Positions 1-10,899 of a stretch of 64,000 nucleotides of DNA are shown piece by piece. The DNA is from Raillietiella orientalis. Taxonomy: Eukaryota. The first letter of the stretch is position 1; each line of letters starts with the position of its first letter. The DNA is taken from the NCBI GenBank assembly GCA_036172245.1, contig JAYWIR010000030.1, positions 806,001-870,000 on the forward strand, written 5' to 3'. The position numbers and the translations under genes are program-made. The notes beneath the pieces are model-generated. The model saw only the letters and a program-made list of their open reading frames with translations. It ran no database searches and was not told the origin of the DNA.

Positions 1-257
1 GAGATGAGCCAACGACACAGAGACCAGTCGACGCCACGACAATCAAGATGGGCCGAGGACCTGAACCTGACCCAGCGTCACGACGATCGTCCGTCGGTAC
101 GGTGATGAGCTGGTGACACGATGATCGGCCAACGATCGGGCGCAGAGCCGAAGACCCGAAAACGAGGCGATGACGTGAAGATCAGCCGACTCCGCCATAA
201 TGGGCCAGCGACACGGTCTTTAACCGACGTCCAGCCTGACCAATACAACGGTGTTGC

Positions 258-2165
258 TTCGGCCGAAAACAGCAGCTTTCGGCCGAAAATGCACGTGGTT
301 GGACCGGCGATCCAACCACGTGCATTTAGCGGGAGCCTGCCTGGTTACCGGTTCGCAGGCCAGTGAGGCCCGCCATGGCAGCAGAGGGGAGGGAGCAAGC
401 AGAAAAAAAAGAAACAAAAAAAAAAAATGAATAAACTTTGGGGGAAGGGGAGGGAGGGGGGGGATTATGTCCTGCTGGGGACGGCCCTCTGCATCCTTTG
501 GAGGACGCCGGCAAGGTCTTGCTGGATATTGCTGTCCAGATGAGACCATCTCGTTGCCATCCTCATGAAGCGGATGGCCAAGTGGACATGGCATCCCTGT
601 CTCTCGGTCCCTCTCTTGAGTCGCTCCAGGCAGCGACAATCCCGCCCAGGCAACACAGAACTGCTAGCTAAGATGACGGTCGATCTGTGTTGCGTAGGAG
701 GGGAGGTCATAAAGCGCCCCTGGAGTTGCTGCTCGGGGTTCCTAGGTTCGCGGCAAAGAGTTCCCAGAGGGGCTGGAGGGCAACAACACGATCCACAAGC
801 AGGTGTGGAAGGGATTCACGCTCCCCTCAACACCAGACACGTTGGGGTCCCCACACACCACATGTGATGCTGGCGGCCGTTGCACGGGGGGTCCCAGTGC
901 AACAACATCAGCGCCGACTCCCAGCACAAGGGAAGGGTGAGTCTGTCCAGAAGCACCGAGGGCCACTTCAGAAAATCGGAATTCCCGGTGGCTCGCCCCA
1001 GAGCCCACTCTGCTTGGAAGACCAAAGAATCTTTACTCGGCAATCTGCCGAATCGGGTCGCCTTACCCCGAGCCCCCTAGGTCTCGGGAAGTGGCCGAGG
1101 GTGGGGTGGAAGAGGAAGAATCAGTCGCACGGTGCCCAACGCCGCGAAAGCTCCGATGTACTGACTGCTAGGGCACACACACCTCCTCTCCCGAAACAAG
1201 CTCCGGCTGAAAGCAAACGGATCTTCTGTCGGGGGGGAGGTCTCCAGGATCCCGTGGTCCTGGTAGCCTCCACGCCACAGCCTCGCGGTAGCTCCTTCCC
1301 CTTTCCCTTTGCACGGATGCACGGCCTTTGCCCTGCCGGCTACTCCGTCCGGAACTCCTGCTGCTCTTTTCATTCCTCTCTTTTGACAGGATCACGTGCC
1401 AACGAGACCTTGGCAACCCCTTTGATCAATCCCTCCTTCCCCCTCTTTACGCGGCAAGCGATCACCCTAATCCCCTTGACTTTTTCCGGCCTCTTCAGCT
1501 TGGAAAGCTTCCGTCGTCTGGGGGACGCAGACGAATCCGATCCGACCGTTGAGCTCGCAAAGGACCCTACCGCACGAGGAGCAGCAAGCAGCTTTCGCTT
1601 ACGCAGCGACTCCGCATCTGGTCCTTGAGGGTTCCTCCTCGTCGACTTCCCTCCCGAGGGCAAACGCGTTGCGAGCCGGCGCGGATTTCCGTAAGGTACG
1701 ACAAGGAGCGGCACGCATTCAAGCACGCGGAAGCCACGGGGGAGGACGTGCCGGGAAAGCACGGTTGTACGCAACAAGGGATCAAGCGAACGGACGTTCC
1801 CTCCCAGAGCTGAAACAGCCCGTCCTTGGAGGGCCAATCCCGCGGATACCGTACGTACTCCGGACTGTCTCGCCAGGAGCACGTGACGGAGACGACCCCC
1901 CTCTCCACGTCGATGTTCTTCCTAAGAAGGGCACTTGGCAGCCGCCGGACGACGAGGCGGCAGGTCTCCTGCCGGATCAGAGGCAGAGGAAAGTTGATGA
2001 GCGGTTGGACCATAGGACAGTCGGCGGACGCCACGACTCCGAGCGTCATTCCGTGTTGATGAGAGAGTATCTTCCCCCTATAGTGGCAGGAAACGGCGCT
2101 TCTGCTGTTGGCACTGGGATCTCCCCTGCAACGCGCGCCGCCACCACTGGGCGCTGGGGAGTTTT
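258..2165 (-). mobile_element. Decayed, internally deleted L1/Tx1-type non-LTR retrotransposon (ORF1 remnant to 3' UTR)
   Basis: ORF1-like text at 2049-1567 (RLVVRRLPS), linker-like DPFAFSRSLF near 1200, ORF2 C-terminus AIRFMRMATRWSHLDS (710-465) shared with the copies at 2376-2831, 2804-3121 and 6078-6296, then a T-rich 3' UTR. Multiple frameshifts. Confidence 0.7.
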
Positions 2166-2760
2166 CACCCGGTCACGCCGGGGCGTTTATTGCTAAACAC
2201 TATGTTTTCGCGGTACGAGGCCCCGCTACGGCCAATAGTTCTTTGGACCTGCCAGGAAGCCGGCTCGCAGACCGGTTCGACTCTCCTCGGCAGCGGAGGG
2301 GGATAGGGGGTAAAACAAAAAGAAAAATAAATGAAACAAACAAAAAAAAGAAACTATTTGGGGGCCGGGAAGGGATCACAGTCCGCTGGAGGAAGAGACC
2401 ATCCTTTCCAGGATGCCCTCGAGGTCCCTCGTCATAGCTCCCAGATGGGACCAGCCGATCGCGATTCGCAGGTAGCGACCCGCGTGTACGATGGGGTCCC
2501 TATCGCTGCTTCCTCTGTTGGCTGCGTTCCACGCAGCCACAATCCCTCGGAGGCAGCAGAGCGCTGCCAGGGTTGAGGCTGGTGGCAGGGCGTCTCTCAC
2601 GAAGAGGAGTCGCACAACGTCTCTGGGGGTACTGCCGACCGGCATCCGGAGGGTCGTAGCAAAACATTCCCACAAGGGCCGGAGGGCAGCGCAGTCCACT
2701 AACAGGTGGGGGAGGGATTCCTTCTCCCCGCACACTGCACAGTTCTGTCCCACGTTCCCC
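2166..2760 (-). mobile_element. 3' fragment of L1/Tx1-type LINE (zinc-binding C-terminus and 3' UTR)
   Basis: NCAVCGEKESLPHLLVDCAAL is the CxxC...HxxxxC zf-RVT-type motif; followed by RYLRIAIGWSHL, a T-rich UTR and the terminal motif at 2166-2191. Confidence 0.85.
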
Positions 2761-2769
2761 AACGTCCAG

Positions 2770-3338
2770 TGGCGCTGGGGAGGGTGAACCCGAACTGCGC
2801 CAGGTGCGGGGAACGGGAATCCCTCCCGCACCTGCTAGTGGACTGCGTTGCTCTCTGGCCCCTTTCGGAACGTTTTTCAACGACCCTACGGATCCCATTT
2901 GGCAGCGCTTCACCCCCACCCCCAGGGAATTTCTACGTCTTCTCTTTGTGTGGGACGCCCTGCAGCCAGCCGCAGCCCTGGCAGCACTTTGTTGCGTCCA
3001 AGAGATTGTGGCTGCGTGGAGCGAAAGGGACGCGATCGAATTTGCACTCCGCTTCCTGCGGATTGCGACCAGATGGTCTTACCTGGGAAGCATACCGATG
3101 GACACTCCCCGAAGCGAATAGTGATCCCTTCCCGGCCCTCTAGAGTGTTCTTTTTATTTACCTTTTTTGCTTTATTTTTCTTTTTGTTTTTTCCTCTTCC
3201 CCCTCCGCTGCCGAGGAGAGTCGAGTCGGTCTGCGTACTGGCAACCCGGCAGGTCCAATGTTGTTTTGGCCGTAGTGGGGCCTTGTACCACGAATGTACA
3301 GGGGAGTTTATTAGTAAACGCCCCGGCGTGACCGGGTG
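2770..3338 (+). mobile_element. 3' fragment of the same LINE family, inverted relative to 2166-2760
   Basis: NCARCGERESLPHLLVDCVAL, then RFLRIATRWSYL after a frameshift. The UTR at 3120-3338 is a reverse-complement homologue of 2166-2380. Confidence 0.85.
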
Positions 3339-3949
3339 GCAACGCGCGCAACCGTACGCATCCGTACGCTCACGCTGTCTACTTGATGCGCGTCGTGCTG
3401 CTTTTCCGTACCTTCTGGTCAGCGCAAAATCCCGTACGAAGCCGAGCTGGTAGTCGGTACAACCGGAAAATCATTCGGCATGTATACAACCGTACGAAAC
3501 GCTTCAATTGCGTAGCCCAATCCCGTGGGCATGGGCTGACGTTCTGGCCAGAAACTCTAGCAGGAACTTTAAAGCACCGATGCATGCACGCTCGTGGAAA
3601 CGCGCCTCTGTGTGCCGCTGTTGCCTGGTTACTTGCACTCCAGTTTTAATTAACGACAACCCTGTTGATAATACCGCGAAGTCATGGCAGCGGGAAGAGG
3701 AGAACTGGACACACACACACACACACACACATCTATACGCACGCAGGGCGTTCGAAAGCAGTCTGGCGATTTCGGCAATTCGATCCCTGCGTCCGGTAAC
3801 CTTGGAAACAACAATGGAAACGGCGAGTACTTTTTTGTTGTTGTTGTTATTTGCCCCCTGTGAACGTGCGTGCGTTCCATTTCAGCCTTCACGCTGGCGT
3901 TTGCATCTGGCGAGTACTGCAATGTTCATTTCGCTGATTTTTTTTTTTT

Positions 3950-4200
3950 TCTTGCGGGCGGGATCAGCGGACCCCGAACCGGACAGGATGAGGAATCTAC
4001 CCTGGAAGGAGTATGGCTCCTTTCATGTGAAACCCCAGAGGGAGGAGGTGGTCGGAGAGGTGACCATGCCGCGTTGCGCAGTCACGTTTCCATCCCGTGG
4101 CAGTGGCGTTCTTGCAGAAGGACGACGACGCTCGGGAGAGAACCTACCAACAGATTTTTTCGGAAGGGAACGAGATGGTCGCTTGTGTGGTTGCTGTGCT
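3950..4200 (+). mobile_element. LINE ORF2 remnant (endonuclease end and linker)
   Basis: GDHAAL (SDH-like) and LGREPTNRFFRK (GEKP.xFF-like) in ORF 3870-4418. Confidence 0.4.
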
Positions 4201-4399
4201 ATCCTCTGTTTCTTTCGTCCTCTTTTTATGTTTTCCCGCAAAGGATCTTTGCATCAGGCCGCTCCCGGCACTCTGGCAAAAGAACTGTCGCCGGGCGAGG
4301 AAGGAGTTGCACTGCATGGCGGGGTGGTTTAGGGAGTGAGGGGAGGAAAGGCAAATGGATGGCTGCTGTTTCAGCCGGAAACACTTCCATGTGCGTCCG

Positions 4400-5518
4400 T
4401 GCGCTTTTGAGTTCCTAGCGGGCCTCAGGCAAAGTCGAGAGTGGCGGCAGAGGGTGCACGCTCACGTGGTCCACCGTATGAGGTCCGCACCTTGAGGAAG
4501 AAGAATCAGGCACCATCCCCTCTCTCCGGAGGTGTGTGGAGGAGGCTCCCCCTCCTGGCTTGTCCTGGATGGCTGCTGGGTCATCTCCCCGCACGTTGTT
4601 CCCGGGACCAAGATGCTGCCCTGTAGGCACGAACCACCTTGCTGCTGGAGTCGACGAAATCCCGTGAAAGGACGGGGTGTTTTCTTCATCCCCGTCGAAA
4701 AGCGGGAAGAAATGGACCGGGCAGGTGAATGGAAATGGGCAGCCAAGGCAAGGAGGAAGGAGCTGTCCAGGTCCTGGATGGTTCCGTTCTCCGGCTCACC
4801 GGTGGGATTTTCCCGGATGGATTTCACGTGGATACTCTCATCCCAAGGAAGAAGAAGAAATGGGACGCGTGCAGGCATGCAGCGCCACTAGGTCTCTGGA
4901 GTGTTCAGCACCTGGCTCCTTTCCATTTAGATGAAACAGAGCCACACAACCGAGCCCAAGGGAAAGCGCAGAAGTTGCCAGGGAGTGGCGTGCCGGAGAG
5001 TAGGAGCATGTCAAGGCGGGACAACGGCCATCCAGAGCCGCGGGGTAGCAGCCAGGCAGGACCACTGCCGTGATCTTGCCGTTATGCGGGTGATGTCACG
5101 CCTCCGCGGAGTCTCCCCGCCTTCTGGATCCAAACGCAGCTTTCCTGCATCCAGACTTACGAATGCGGACCCAGCTCTGTGTCGAGAACCGTTCCTCGTC
5201 TTCCGCATGATGAGGAGCGAGAGCACGCCCGTTGGAATTCCAGGAAGGGCTAAGGCAGCTTGGCATGTGCGGTGAGCAGCTGGGGGTCCAGATGACAGTG
5301 GCGTTTCCATGCTGCCGGGCCGCCTCGGGTTCTAAATCCCCTGTCCACGAGCGCGCGGCGGCCTCATCCTCTTCCGAAGCGGGAGTCTTGGACCCGGGGT
5401 GGCAAAATGGGCAGGCGGGGGGGAGAAGAGTGCAGCAAAGCTGCCGCGGGCGTGTTTGGCACACCGGTACTGTATCCGCGTCGGAGGTCCTCGACCTTGC
5501 CGGCTCGTGGCTGATTAT
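4400..5518 (-). mobile_element. Highly deleted LINE remnant
   Basis: ORF1-like segment at 5310-5011 and degenerate zinc motif HLRREGMVPDSSSSRCGPHTVDHV near 4540-4450; begins directly after the terminal motif at 5519-5544. Confidence 0.45.
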
Positions 5519-5980
5519 CACCCGGGTGCGTCGGGGCTTTTATTAAAAACTATCCGGGAACAGAGTTCCTGGACAAAGGAAAAACAAGAGACGAAGGGGG
5601 TGGGATCCCCGACACGCAGGTCGGTATGCCGAAAGTCCGGAACATGAGGGAGGGGACCACAAATACACTCCTATAAAAAATAAAAATAAAAATATGGAGG
5701 GCAGGGGACAGGGGTCTTTGGTAAGGCCGTTCCTTCCTTTCAAAACCGGCGATGGATGCCGGCGATCTCTCTCCTCACGTCCTCTGGCAGATGGGCCCAC
5801 TCGGCAGCCGACGGCTCGTGGCTGACGTGGAGTTGTGAAGCCCCGTGGGCCAGGACCGACGAGACTGCTGCTGTTGCTGTCCTGACATGGTGGCGCTCCG
5901 GTCGGGAGGCCGTCGCGTGGTGAGTTCAAGTGCGACCCTTTTCCGGCGAGCGCTGCCGAAGCGACGGACGCCTGCGTTGT
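5519..5980 (-). mobile_element. Short LINE-derived unit lying between two terminal motifs
   Basis: Bounded by motif copies at 5981-6006 and 5519-5544. T-rich UTR-like tract at 5700-5670; little coding signal. Confidence 0.35.
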
Positions 5981-7300
5981 CACCCGGTTGCTCCGGGGCG
6001 TCTATTTATAAATAAATAAATATCCACAATCTCTGTGGTTGGACCTACGGTGCAACCACGTCCTTTTGAGTTCTAACCTACCACGTTACCGGTTCGCAGA
6101 ACGGTAAGGTCCACCACGGCAGCAGAGGGGAGGGAGCAAACAAGAAACAAATGAACAAAAAAACAAAAATAAATAAACTTTGAGAGGTGCGGGAAAGGAT
6201 CACTGTCTGCTGGGGGCGGTCCCTGCATCTTTTGGAAAATGCCGGCTCTTGCTGGATATTGCTGTCCAAGTGGGTCCATCTCGTTGCCATCCTCATGAAG
6301 CGGATGGCAAAGTGAATGTGGCACCCCTGTCTCTCTGCCCTCCTTCTGAGTGGCTCTCCAGACAGTGACGATCCCGCATAGAGAGCAGAGAGCTGCTAAA
6401 GAGGCTGCCTGCCGAACCGCGTCGCGTAAGAGGAGAGGTCATAAAGTGTCCCTGGAGTTGCTGCTGGGGGTTCCTAGGTTCGTGGCAAGGAGTTCCCAGA
6501 GGGGCAGCAACACGATCCACAAGCAGGTGTGGGAGGGATTCATTCTCCCCACACCTGACACAGTTAGGTTCCACACACCCTACGGACTCTTGAATGGGTC
6601 TCCCTACGTTGCGCGCCCGGCTTTCCGGGGAAGCGGTGCGCATGCTTCACGCATGCTCCACGGCGCGAGCCACCCCACTGGCGGGCGGCCATGGAATTTC
6701 GCGCCACTTTTCGTTCTGTTCTCCCCAGAGTGAGGGTTGGCGGTCGCATCCACCCTTTCCGTATCCCCGGGCGACCTGCTCCTTGGGCATGCTTTGTTCT
6801 GCTGTGGACCTTCTCTCTCGCGCGGTTCGTCGAGGAAACTGTCGGAAGGGAACTGTCGCGTTTCTCTCGAGGTGGACGATGTCTTCTGCTGGTAGGTAGC
6901 CGCTGAGAGCAGACGCCAGATCTCCCGCCGCGCGGTTTTTCTGCGCTCTCCGGAAGTCCTCTCGGATGCAAGGATGCCGTATACCCCTCCAAAAAAAAAG
7001 GGTGGAATCCCTGCAGACTTCCTCGTCGGCAGGGATGCTGTCTACCAGAAGGAGGAGAGCAGCCACGGGTAGCTTTGCTCCATTTCTGGATCGTTTTCCT
7101 GCACCTGTCCGTTCAGGGTTGCCACCGACGTGCGCAAGCAGCTGCGGAACTTCCGTTTCCCGCCTGTAAGAAAGGAGGAATGCAAGGAAGAAAGAAAGCG
7201 CCGCGCAGGTCGTGATGTCCTTTCGAAGCAGCTCGGAAAGCCAGTAGTCACCAGAGCAGCTCCACAACACCGTCAACAGGGTCAGCGGCGGAAAAAAAGG
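5981..7300 (-). mobile_element. Deleted L1/Tx1-type LINE (linker, zinc motif, 3' UTR)
   Basis: HPCIREDFRRAQKNRAA (homologous to 9290-9340), NCVRCGENESLPHLLVD, MRMATRWTHLDSNIQQ. Bases 6070-6560 closely parallel 335-850. Confidence 0.8.
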
Positions 7301-7459
7301 AAGGACATCGCGTCCCCCCCCCCTTCCCTTTTTTTTTTGTCTTTTGCTTGTGCATGTGTGCATGTGCGTGCTGTACACATGCATTATTGCCACATATTCG
7401 TGTAAATACGGTGCATGCTTGTACGATACATGTCTGCGTATGCCATACCTATGTGGGTG

Positions 7460-8650
7460 CCGTTATGTGGGTGCGCGCGTGCGCACCCACATAACGGAAT
7501 GTTTATTTGAAAATCACTTGTGCGTCGACCTCACCTCTACTGTGTTTTGCAGCCCACGTCTTAAGGGCGCCGCGCCCGCGGAATCGCGATGGCGGTCAGC
7601 CCGCAAGATGGAACATCTCCGAAGGTTAACCTGGTTGAGGTCATCCGAAGCGGTCTTCAAGGAGATCGTCGCCCAGTGGATGACGTCCCTTCCGTTTCGG
7701 CCTCTTCTCCTGGCCCTCCACGCCGCCGCCATCCCGCGAAGACAGCGGAGCACAGCAAGGGACGCGGCTGGCGGCACGCACGAAGAGGCGTTTGCAAAAT
7801 GTCCCTGGGGCCGCCGACCGCGATCCCTAGGGTCGTCGAGAAGCCGACCCCGATGCGGACGGAGGGCGTCACGGTCCAGCGGAAGGCACGGTCGCAGTCC
7901 ACGTTGGGCGATTCCCCTTGATGGGAGCGATGGGGGCGTGGCGGCAAGATAGGCGATGCGTTTCAACCACGAGGAAGGTGCGTACCCGCGCGGACTAAAA
8001 ATGACCGGCAGCGCCCGTTGGTGCTTACCGGCCCGGGTCCTGGCCAAGCGAGCAGCCGGCTCACAAGGACTCACTTCGTTCCTCGTTGACGGCCACCGAA
8101 GACTGCCGCGATACGCGGCCGCTGCCAGCTCCGGAAGACGGTTACTCAGGACCACGCTTGGACATCCCTCGCCGACGAGCTGTGGTGCCTGGAAACGGAG
8201 AGTTGCTTGGACGTGGGAGAAGATCAGCGGCACGGGTCCGGAAGAAACGCAACGTCTGCGGCGGCGCTCCAGACACGCTCGCTGCTCTCTGAAGGAGATG
8301 ATGGACTGCCCGTGGGGGACCTTCTTGCCGGCCCAGGAAACTCCCCCTGCTGCAACATTGTCGTTCTTGAGGATAGCAAGGACAGCCCCCAGTCGGCAAG
8401 ATGGAACCGCAAGATCGCAGGAAAAAATTGGGATGCTGGATGGTGCGTCAACGGGCCGACGCTTCCACCCATCGCCGCCCTCCCCAAAGGGCCTCTCCGC
8501 TGGGAAGATTCTCCTTGGAAACCCGTTGGAAGAAGTGGAGATCCACGCGGTGTTCTTCGGCAGCTTCGTATTTCCCCTGAATTGGCGGGACTCGACGTGG
8601 AGACTGCCGCATCGGGCCACTTCACGCAAGGCACGCTCCCACCCCTGGAC
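7460..8650 (-). mobile_element. Decayed LINE ORF2 3' half
   Basis: ORF 8653-7514 ends in ASLAVLRCLRGMAAAW, matching STLAALCCLRGIVAAW of the 2376-2831 copy; weak RT palm/thumb remnants upstream. Confidence 0.6.
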
Positions 8651-9190
8651 CAAGGGAAGTGCGGCTCCAGAGTGCGACAGGCGCGGTCAAAGGGAAACAA
8701 CCCTACCGCACCTGCTTTTGGAGTGTGTTGCCCTCCGGTGTGCGTGGGGACTTTCGACCACGTCCCCGAACTGCCCAGAAGACCACCTGAGGGCCTCGGT
8801 CAGACGCCTCTTTACCGCGTGGCGGATGTCGCCTGCCGCGATCCCGCGACGATGCATCCGCGGAGCCGTGGCGGCGACCGGAACCGGGGAGCCACCTCCG
8901 TCTTCTCGTTCCTAAGGATCGCGGCAGGGATGGCCGCACCCTGGGACGCAACCAGGAGGAACTTTCCGGCATCCTTGAGAGGATGAGGAGGCCACCAGGG
9001 AGCAACCTGCGATCCTTTCTCTTCACCCCCCCCCTCCTCCAAAAATTTCAGTATCTTTTTTTTTTTTTTTTAAACGAATATGCATTTATTTTGTTTCCCT
9101 TCCCCCTAATTTTCCTGCGCGTACCTCTTCCGACGACTGAGCTCCTCCGGAACGTCCGGAAGTCGTGGCATCGTGCTGCTGCTATAGAAG
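8650..9190 (+). mobile_element. LINE 3' fragment
   Basis: ECDRRGQRETTLPHLLLECVAL and SFLRIAAGM, then a T-rich UTR at 9050-9110. Confidence 0.7.
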
Positions 9191-9191
9191 A

Positions 9192-10450
9192 CCGGGGCAT
9201 TTACTGATAAAAGGTGTATCTTTGCAATGAGGGTGGACGGTATTCTTTTGTTGGTTGACAGCCGGTGCGAGGAGACTCCAGGCTCTCGCCGCGCGGTTTT
9301 TCTGCACTCTCCGGAAGTTCTCCCGGATGCAGAGATGCCGCATGCCGCTGCCCCCCCAAAAAGGTGACATCCCTGCAGACTCCATCGGCGGCAGGGATGC
9401 CACCTCCCGAGGGAGCTCCGGCTTGACTGGTGATGATAATAAAGCAACCCCCGGAAGGAAACCTCGATGGAACTGGGGGCAAAAGCAGCACTCCGTGTCC
9501 GCACCGTTTGCCCGAAGATTGGCCCTGACGTAGACACCGAGTCTAAGCCGGGACAAGAACCCGGTTCCCGGGGGCGGCGGGCATTCAATGACCACCTGAA
9601 ATTTGGGTGGGTGCGCGCCGGCTACCGCCGCCGCCTGGGTCGTTGAAGACAGCGAGCACATCGCTGGAAGCAGATTCTTGAGTACCACGGCAACGCGCTA
9701 GTCCTGGAGACGCGTCTTCCCGAAGCAAGGACTCGTTCGTTGGCAGACTTCCCGAGGGATCTACCGATAAGCTGCAGGGAGTTCGCAGGTCTTTCTGTCG
9801 CCGGTCGAGGTAGGTGCGGATAAGAAGAAAAAAGCAGCAGCAGCGAGTCCCATGCCCCCCCCCCTCCCCATCCCTCAACGTGTGCTTGGACGGTTCCGCT
9901 GCTCATCGGGGGGTGGGAGTGGGGGAGAAGCAACTTCGTTCCGGACTCTCGTCATCGCTGCGGTTGTCGTGTCGGCGCCCGATCGCGCTCCGGAGTCATA
10001 CGCGACCCAACCTCGAACAGTGTCGGCGTCGCGCCACACTAACGGCGCAGCTGGTCTCCAGCCGACTGAAGCGCTGACAGCACCCAGCGCCGCGTGGCGT
10101 TGGTGCCGTGAATCACGGGCGGGTCGCGCTCGCTCGCCTCGGTGGGAATCCAGGAGCTCCTCCAAAATCATCAGAGATGGCTGCCACCGCCGCTTCTGTT
10201 GAGACCTGCTGGCGGCGGTTCCTCGAAGAGCCTGCCGTTACGGAAGCAGGAAATCCGTTGGAAACGCACCGAAAGGAGGGCGTCCCCCGTTCTCGCCCTG
10301 CAATGCGTGCAGAGAGGACCACCGGGGTCGTCCCTCGAGTTCCCTCTCAGCCGGACCTCTTTCCTCCTCCTCCTCCCCCAAAGCACGAAGGCGACCCCTG
10401 GCAAAGATCATGGGGGCGGATCCGAACACCCGTTGGACTGGTCAGGCGGG
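9192..10450 (-). mobile_element. Decayed LINE (endonuclease and linker remnant)
   Basis: SRLRLGVYVRANL (SRID-like) and HLCIRENFRRVQKNRAA; ends at half of the terminal motif (AGTAAATGCCCCGG, 9205-9192). Confidence 0.6.
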
Positions 10451-10899
10451 GGTAGAAGTCTGGATAGGCGGAAGTAAGAGGTCGGCGCGCGTGTCGCCGC
10501 ATCGCTCTCCTAGCAGGCGCAGACCTGCCAGGACTCTTTGATTGATTTCCTGATTAAATCAATCTGGGGGGAGATCGCCGCCTCGCAGCAGGACAACGGC
10601 TGCCGTCCGGCGTGCGGCAGATCGGAGCAACAGGTGGCGCGCTCCGAAACCGGGACGCGCGAGAGGCGGCCATGTTGCGCGCCCGTCCCGCCCAGTTTCC
10701 TCCTCCTCCTCTTCCTGCTGCCGCCAATGTCTGGACTCTTCCCTTTCTCTGAGCCTCTCCTCCCCCCCCCCCTTCGTTTCGCCCGGTTATGCAGGGAGGG
10801 CGCGCATGGGCCCGGCAATGCCATCGGACTTGAGCCTGCCTCCCTTCTCTTTTTCTTCTTCTATCTCTCTTCTCTCTTCTTCCCCTGCCTTTAGCTCCC

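Noticed and set aside
3205..3260. tRNA-like or ribozyme reading of the LINE UTR block
   Set aside because: No B box or cloverleaf, and I could not fit a hammerhead or HDV core.
2166..6006. 26-nt hairpin motif as a CRISPR repeat
   Set aside because: Copies are hundreds to thousands of bases apart, on both strands, tied to LINE ends, with no cas genes.
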